NCBI RefSeq assembly: GCF_009914755.1
Contig: NC_060933.1
Direction: 5' to 3' (one strand)
From: the human T2T-CHM13v2.0 reference genome, Homo sapiens
DNA: 64,000 nt
Shown here: one piece after another, positions 49,236-64,000 of the stretch
Layout of the letters: every line of letters starts with the position of its first letter
Position numbering within the stretch: the stretch's first letter is position 1
Program-made: the position numbers and the translations under genes
Notes under the pieces: model-generated
Databases searched by the model: none
Told to the model about the DNA's origin: nothing
The model's input: only the letters and a program-made list of their open reading frames with translations

Positions 49236-49270
49236 TACACTTGATCTTAGCCAAAAGGCCGAGAAGTGAT
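49236..49270 (-). pseudogene. 3'-truncated (tailless) U2 snRNA retropseudogene, U2 nt 1-35
   Basis: Reverse complement ATCACTTCTCGGCCTTTTGGCTAAGATCAAGTGTA is 34/35 to U2. Degenerate TSD cacacatttaata (49225-49237) / cagatatttaata (49271-49283). Confidence 0.9.
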
Positions 49271-49999
49271 CAGATATTTAATAGGTGTTCTAGCACCAAA
49301 AAGTCAAATGGCAAAAGGCAAAGTGACAAAAGTATACTGAAGTGCCCTCAATAAAATCTATTCTAGGGAAATAGATCACTTCTGAAGATAAGAGGAATGG
49401 GCAAACACTTCTGAAGGCACATACCAACTTCCCAGCTTTATCCTCCCAGAACAAATGCCTCAACAGCAGCAGATATCTTCTCTATTAGGACACTATGACT
49501 TCATACATTAAGGAATCTGTATGATTCATTCAAAAAATATTTATTCCCTACCAGCTCTGATATGGAACTCCCACAGGACTGCCCCAGAAAACATATTATT
49601 GTGTATGTCACTTTTTACCTCCAATTACATGTACTTAAAGACTTAGACTATAAGTTCCACAAGGACAGGGTTCATAACACCATATTCCTTCTGGCAACGA
49701 AGGCTGTTATACATGGCAGGAGTTCAATAAATGTTGCTGTCTAACTTCCAAGGACTATTCAATTTTGTTGTAGAGATAAGTCATATATGAATGTGCCAGG
49801 TGTAAGTGTGTGATTATAAATAAAGGATTGTCTTTTTTTCGTAATACAAGAGCATCTCTTCAACGTGCCCTTCAAAATTGTCCCCTTGGAACACTATTCA
49901 ACTTATTCTAACAAGACTACTTTTCAAAACCCAAAAGAATATTTTAAAAAATCTCCCAAAGAGCAGCAAATTATCATTTGAAGCTATGTTTGATTTCCA

Positions 50000-50790
50000 A
50001 GACAAGGACATACATATCACGGATAAAAACAAATTGTACTCTCTGATCAGTTGTGCACAGATCAAAAAGATTTTTAAAAATCTAACTCTGGCAAGGGTTC
50101 AGAGAAATGGGCACTCTCATGCACAATATGAAGGAATGAAAACTGGGACTTTTTAGACGGTAATTTGGTAATATTTACCAAAATATAAAACATGAATACT
50201 ATCTGGGCAATCCTACTTCTAGGATTTGTTCTAAGGAGATAATTGTGTAAAATATTTATCTCAGAGTAATTTGTAATACTGGAAATCTAAAAGGAACCTA
50301 CAATAGTACACATATGCCATGACACATACAAACAACACAATACTAAGTAGCGATTAACAATACATGGTAGAGGGTGAACAAAATGTGGTATATAACGATG
50401 GAATATTGTTCAGCCTTCAAACACAGGAAATTCTGACACATTACAACATTGATGAACCCTGAGAACATTACGCTAAGTGAAATAAGCCAGTCGCAAAAGG
50501 ACAAGTACCGTATGATTCCATTTATATGAGGTACCTAAAGCAGTCAAACTGACAGAAAGTCTAACAGCAGTTGCTAGGAGCTGGAGGAAGGTAGTAATGG
50601 GGAAAAAGTATTTAACGGGTACATTTCAGTTTGGGAAGATGGAAAAGTTATGGAAATGGACAGTGGTGACGGTTGCACCATAATATGAATGTATGTAATG
50701 CCAATGAACTACACATTTAAAAATGGTTAAAATGGTAAATTTTACTTATCATTTATACCATGTATATTTTACCACAATTTAAAATTTTTA
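50000..50790 (+). mobile_element. Old L1 3' fragments (L1ME/L1MB-like)
   Basis: gatgaaccctgagaacattacgctaagtgaaataagccagtcgcaaaaggacaag...aaaatggttaaaatggtaaatttt. Confidence 0.8.
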
Positions 50791-51131
50791 AGTTTTTTTA
50801 AAAAGTCTAGGAAACACCAGATTCAACCAAGTTAAAGAGGTTTTCTTCTTGCTGTTTCATCACAGGACTTCCCAAAGCTTTTAAATTATGTACTTTGTGT
50901 ATTATGACTCTCCAAGAGGGAGGAATCTAGTAACAATATATCCCAAACTTATTCCATCCATAAATATTGTTTTCTGTAGGAATACTAAACATATCAATGT
51001 ATAACAGCGTTTCACAGAACAAGGTTTAGAAATGCTATTCTACACTTTCACAAATGCTGTCTCTTCAGGCCTTGAATGCCTTCCCTGGATGTTACCAACT
51101 CTTGATTCTCTGACACAGCCAGACGTCTTTT

Positions 51132-53288
<2,157 letters not shown>

Positions 53289-55104
53289 TAAAAGCCTATT
53301 GTACTCATTTGTATCTAAGGCCTGAGAGAAATTTCCCCCATGGGTCTCTGTGAAAGACATAAGAGAGCAAATGTGTTATGCAGTAGAGTAAACCCTTAGC
53401 TCCCCTCCACTAACAACAGTGCTTGTACAACAGCAAGAAACAATCAGTGCATGTAATGGTTGTTCAAAAAAATAAAAGTCACAAAATTTCACAGAACAAA
53501 GGAACTTCAGTGATTATCTCGTTGTTGACCTGAAATCACAGAGGAAGGGTTTACTTTAAATATCTAGTTACGTCTAAGGAATATTTTTTAAAATCCCTAG
53601 TGACTCATGTACCTTTACTTCAAGTCTATACCTGAAATACTCTATTTCTTCAAATAACTCACTACGAGCAAACAAGCCCACCCTATACTTCTTCAGTCTC
53701 TAAGGACCTGAGATAGGCAACAATACGACTTACAATGCTCACGTCTATCCAATGGTTAGAAGGAAATTCCCCTTCCTGGACTTTCTCAAAACACTACCCG
53801 CTCACTTCCCTCTGATCTCTCACCTGCAATCTGTGAAAACTTGTCAGAATAGGCAACAGCCCGAGGCTTCACAAAGGTCTGCAAACTCCCAATCAAAAAT
53901 TACTGCTGCCCCATCAATGTGCCATATAAATGCTGGCATGTTAATTGTGTATTTATAAGACTGTTAATGGTTAGTTAATTTACCTCCCACACTATTATTG
54001 TACTTGAAATGATTTAATGTCTGCTGAGGGAGTTAACAACATGTAACAGCAGATGCGAGATTTTTTTTTTTTTTTTTTAACCTTTCCACACTGTACCCCG
54101 ACTTCACACTATTAGCATCAGGCAAGTTAAAGCTAATTCCTGTACAGGAGTCCTTAAACGTGTCATAGGAACACTCACATTTATTTTCCACAACAAGGAA
54201 TGATTACAAGTGAGGGGAGAAAAAAAGGCTTTTTATTATATACAACGTCTTGCCTTTATAAAAACCAACAGACCCTCTTTTTTTATTTTTTAACTAAGAT
54301 TTCAACATCCTTTGATCTAGTTAAAGCTCAGAATTCATACCTCCTGGAATTCGAAAATAATTGAAGTGACCATTAAAATAAAACACTTTATTGCTTTTAA
54401 ATCTCTTTCTCTAACTCCAATTTAACTCTAAATTAAATCTTCATTTATTTTTTGGACTAGCAAAAATTGAGCTTTTTTCCCCCTCAGGGAATTAAAATCT
54501 TCTCCATGTGAATATGCCCAATTTCATTAAGCAGTAAATTGTGAGACCATATATCTGGAGAGTTTGTTTCTTCTTTTTACATTTTTATTTCCATATTTTG
54601 ACTAAAAGTGCTTACTAGACTAAAATAACAGAAATGATTTATCTTATTTTGAATGAGATTCATTCACAAAATCATCTCAGCACTAAATGAAAAATTGTAT
54701 AAATACTGGCCTGCCCCCTCCAGAAGTTTACTTACAAACTTCAGCAGAGGAGCTGTGTCATATACATAGGGAACAATAACATAAAGCAAGATAAACCCAC
54801 CACCAAATGAGATATTAAGACAACATGTTTTCCAAGAGACAGGAACATCACAGAAGACTTCAGGAAGGAAGGCAGAAGTATTTAAGGATAGCTATGCTTT
54901 CATTAGGCAGAAACACAAGTGAAACAGTAACAGTTGACATTTACTGAGCTCTTACCATGAGATGTACTAATCACTTTTCATGTAACAACATATTTAATCC
55001 TTACAGCCACTTCAGGAGGTAGGCATTAATACTATCCTCATTTTATAGATCTAAAAACAAACAAAACTAAGGCTTAAAGGAGTTAAGTATCTTGCCCAAG
55101 GAGA

Positions 55105-55410
55105 CAAGGTAGATTTTTTAAGACCACAATTTTTGAAGCTCCTCCCATCAAGAGGTGGAGTCTATTTCCTCATCCTTGAATCTGGACTCACACTGCGATT
55201 TGCTTTGACCAACAGAATATAGGGGAAGGAATGTTGTGGAAATTCTGAACCTTGGCCTCAAGAGCGCTTGCAGCTTCTGCCCTGGCCTCTTCTGGACCAC
55301 TTCTGAATTATGGGAAAAAGTCAGGGGTAAAAGACTATGGGGAGAAAGAAGCTCAGCCATCTCTGTCATTCCAGCTGTCCTGCTGAGGCCCCATGAGTGA
55401 TTAAGTCATC
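55105..55410 (+). mobile_element. MLT1-family MaLR LTR fragment
   Basis: ctcctcccatcaagaggtggagtctatttcctcatccttgaatctgg...gctttgaccaacagaat. Confidence 0.7.
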
Positions 55411-55759
55411 AGGGACAAGCCTCCCACTAACCTACCAGGAGGCACAGTCTCTTCTTCTATCAAATGTCTCCCTCAGACAAAGGAACCCTGATCCCTGGTT
55501 TTCTTGTCTTATGCCACTAACCTCGAAATGCCTCAGAATCTTACATCTGCCAAGATCCAGTTAAAAAAGAACCTGGTAGAGTGATTCTCACACTTCTCCA
55601 CGGACACACCTGAAGGGCATGGGACAGTGACCATAAATCAAGGTATGAGACAACCTAGGGGAGCCACCTACAGTAACACACCATAAGAAATTTATTTTTA
55701 GAATTCATTCATATTTTGTATTCTATTTTATACTACACTGCACCTATGTATGTTTGTTT

Positions 55760-56032
55760 ACAGAGATAGCGTCTCGCTCTGTCACCCAGGCTGGAGTGCA
55801 GTTGTGTGATCACAGCTCACTGCGGCCTTGACTTCCCGGGCTCAAGTGATCCTCCCACCCCAGCCTGGGACTGCAGGCAAGCACCACCACACCCAGCTAA
55901 TTTTTAAATTTTTTTGTAGAGACAAGAGTCTTGTCATCTTCCCCAGGCTAGTCTCAAACTCCTGGGCTCAAGCGATACTCCCACTTTGGCATCCCAAAGA
56001 GTTGGGATCACAGGCATGAGCCACTGTGCCCC
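55760..56032 (-). mobile_element. Alu (AluJ-like)
   Basis: Diverged reverse dimer. Confidence 0.88.
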
Positions 56033-56933
56033 TCCCCTATGTTTGTTTTAACAGGAAAAAAAAATGTTTATCTTCAAATACATCACTAAAATTGATACTT
56101 CAGGAAAATGTACCATGGTTACTTTGTAGCTTCCACTACACCCTGGCACATCCTAGGACTCTCTTAACCTCAGTTTGAATGGCAAGGATCTAGTGGAAAA
56201 ACATAGACTTTGGTATCAGAAATGTCATTTTGTACAGATAAAATGGCACTTTATCAATGGACAACTCAAAACTCTAAATTTTACTCAAAAGATGTTTCCT
56301 ATAAGGTTGAAGAACTGTTAAGTATAAACCACACTAAACTATAAAGTTCTAAGCACAAGTTAGAATAAAATACTGTTATTCAGCTATTATAAAACAATCT
56401 GTATTTTCAAAGTGTTTTGAAATAATGTTTATGTGCTAGCAATAGCTGTGAAACTTCAAACAACCTAACCACCCACCACCCCCAAAACTTCAAACCTGCC
56501 AACATTTCCAGCTGTTACAAGAAATCTGCCAGTTCGGTATAATGTGGCCCCTAAATTATTTTTCCAATGGGTGTTGTCTCTCTGACATAATAGATTTGAC
56601 TGACACTTGTGAAAATAAACAATTTTACGTTTTACTTTAAGATCTTGGGTCAAAATGTTTACTAGTTTTACCTAAACTGAAGAATATAAATAATGCCAAA
56701 AGAACTAGACTGTTTCTCAATGTGAAATTACCGGTTTAGGAGCTTAAGCTGTAACTAGCACTCAATTGTCTACCAAATATTCATTCATTGGTTTCATTCA
56801 TTTGACAAATATTTATAAGGCACTTACTACATGCTGGGCACCAAAGATACACTGCTGAGCAAAAATAAAGACTTTTGGCCACTGCCTTCATGGATCTTCT
56901 GAGGGTGGACCCAGTAGATAGAATTTTAAATTC

Positions 56934-57780
<847 letters not shown>

Positions 57781-58229
57781 TAGTGAAGGAAAATAAGCCT
57801 ATAACCCTTCACATATAACACATAAGGCTCTCTAAAATGCAATTTCACTACCTCTTCCCTCCCCATCTTGCAACTTCCAGGACTGCACTGAATATGTGCT
57901 GGCCTTTGGTAATGATACTCCTTTATTTCAGGTGTACCCTTCTCCAATACAAATCTTATTCTTGTAAGTCCAACAGAAGTATCTCATCCTTGGTAAACCC
58001 TTCTATATCACCCAGAGTCCAACCTATTTTAATAGCATTTTATTTCTACCATCATTACAGTGAGTCATATGAATATTATTTTTAAGGAACCAACAATTTT
58101 AAATTTACCCAATTCTAGATTCATAAATATGGTTACTTCATTAAGGTATAAATCTCTCCCCAAATCATTTGTGAAGTTGTTACAGATTCCATCAACGATA
58201 ATGTAATGGTTCAAATGGAAGCCGGTTTT

Positions 58230-58430
58230 TCTTCCTGGGAGACATTTAAGCAATCAATATCTGGAGATAGTTCCAGCTGTTACAACTAGAGATGGCTGCT
58301 ATTAGTAGCCAGTGGGTAGATGCCAGTGACGCTAGTAAACATGGTACAATGCACAAGGCAGCATCCACAACAAAAAATTATACCTCCCCAAATATCAATA
58401 TGAATAATGCCAAGCTTGAAAAACCCCACA
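58230..58430 (+). mobile_element. MER20 hAT MITE
   Basis: agtgggtagatgccagtgacgctagtaaacat...acaatgcacaaggcagc...ccccaaatatcaat...gccaagcttgaaaaaccc. Confidence 0.75.
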
Positions 58431-58724
58431 ATAATGTGAGGTTTGAAGCCACTAAATTTGTGGTAATTTTCAACTCCCTCGAAACTGTTTTGTTTATACT
58501 GAAACTAAACTATAGAACTTTGCTACTAAAATCTATGCTTAAACCTTCTAAGGGCTAAAAAAGTTCAAGTCTGTTTTCTGAAGTTTTAGTCTACCCTAAG
58601 GAGCGCCAAAGCCCAAACAACTACAATAAAGACAAGTTGCATTCCGTAAGACTTAGCCCTTGGTCTGAGAAGCCTTTTCACCCTTCTTCCCCTGACTACC
58701 TCCTAACATATTATTCAAAATCCA

Positions 58725-59575
58725 GCTCAACGGTAGCCTTAACCTCCTGGGCTCAGGCGATCCTCCCAACTTGGCCTCTCAGGTAGCTGGGACTACAAGC
58801 ATGCACTACCACACCCGGCTAATTTTTTGCAGAGACAAGGTCTCACCATGCTGCCCAGACTGGTCTTGAATTCCTGGATTCCAGCGATCCTCCCCATCGG
58901 CCTCCCAGGGCGTTGGGATTACAGACCTGAGCCACCGCACCCGGCTTGCTCCCTCCATGTGCCCATTTCACTGCACTTAGTTCCTAGTTCTACCAAATAA
59001 TTAACCCAGCACACTGCCTGTTAGTAAGGTGCTAAGTGTTTGTTGATTTTACTCATTCAACAAATATTTACTGAATGCCTACTATGTGCCAGGCACTGTT
59101 CTAGATGCAGAAAACACAGCAGAGAAGGCAAAGTCCTGCCCTCATGGCAGGACAAAGAAGTAAATTATATAGTGAGTTAGAAGTGCCATGAAGAAAAATA
59201 GCACAGAGAAAGAAATGGATAATGCTCGGTGGAGCCGTGAGTTGCAACAGTAAATGAAATAGTCAAGGAATGCCTCACTTAAGTGACATCTGACTTAACA
59301 CCTGAAGGAGGTGAGAGAACAAGCCATGTAGACACTCCAGGGAATAGGTCTGCCAAGCAGAGGGGAACATGCCTCACACTGCTCAAGGAGCAGCAAGGAG
59401 TCCGCCAAGGAGCAAGTAGTAGATAATAAGATCTGAAAGACTGGGGTGAGTCTGTAGGGCCTTACAGGCCATCCCAAGGCCTTTAGCTTTTACTCCAAGT
59501 GAAATGAGGGGTCACTGGAGGATTGTGAATGATCTGTCTCACATTTAAAAGAATCTCCCTGGTTGCCATGTTAAG
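58725..59575 (-). mobile_element. Partial Alu (58725-58945) and L2 3' end (about 59050-59575)
   Basis: cattcaacaaatatttactgaatgcctactatgtgccaggcactgttctag is the reverse L2 terminus. Confidence 0.8.
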
Positions 59576-60009
59576 GAATGAATGAATTAAAGAACAAATA
59601 AAAGATCGCAAACAAATCACATTGGCATTTCTTTTTAAATAATAATCTGTTTACATGTTGGTTTTCTCTTCTAAACTTCTAAACTCTCAAGACACTGACT
59701 ATCTTACCCATCACTATGCTGCCAGTTTCTAGTATATGTGGATGGCATTCAATAAGAGCTCATTGTGGAATGAATAGACAACAGGTGCATCTTTCTTGTT
59801 CCCAAGGGGCTGTCCGGTGAGTTTACCAAAAAGGACCCCCATCCATGCTGCTGGTTTAATAGATAGGTCTCCCATTACAATCTAAGATTTATTTTCCTTC
59901 TATCAGCTCCTCAGCGTTTGAAGTTTGCTCAAACAAGTGGAAGAATTCAACAGAGTAATGTTTCCACTTACCTGGTCTTCAGGGTAACCACATATCAATT
60001 AAGAAAAGC

Positions 60010-64000
<3,991 letters not shown>

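Overview
Primate (human-like) genomic DNA from the 5' half of MAPKAP1 (SIN1, mTORC2 subunit), transcribed on the minus strand. Three coding exons can be reconstructed with GT-AG boundaries and consistent phases: 46612-46285 (69-nt 5'UTR plus codons 1-86), 43872-43783 (90 nt) and 31753-31605 (149 nt). Together they encode SIN1 residues 1-166. The promoter and first exon lie beyond the right edge, and the next coding exon lies beyond the left edge. The rest is intron: roughly 45 Alu copies or fragments, plus MIR, L2, L1M, CR1, MaLR/ERV1 LTRs and hAT MITEs. Several Alu-free, AT/TAAT-rich blocks look like conserved developmental enhancers (PBX3 is the known neighbour of this gene). The most unusual items are: two tailless 5'-U2 snRNA retrocopies in opposite orientation that bracket the first two coding exons; an L1-style retrocopy of a HERV-H LTR7 3' end; a tandem acceptor/donor (recursive-splice-like) motif and a uORF at the start of the AUG exon; a local templated duplication; and a non-TE hairpin. 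I see no convincing new multi-gene system. Repeat subfamily calls are from memory of consensus sequences and their boundaries are approximate.
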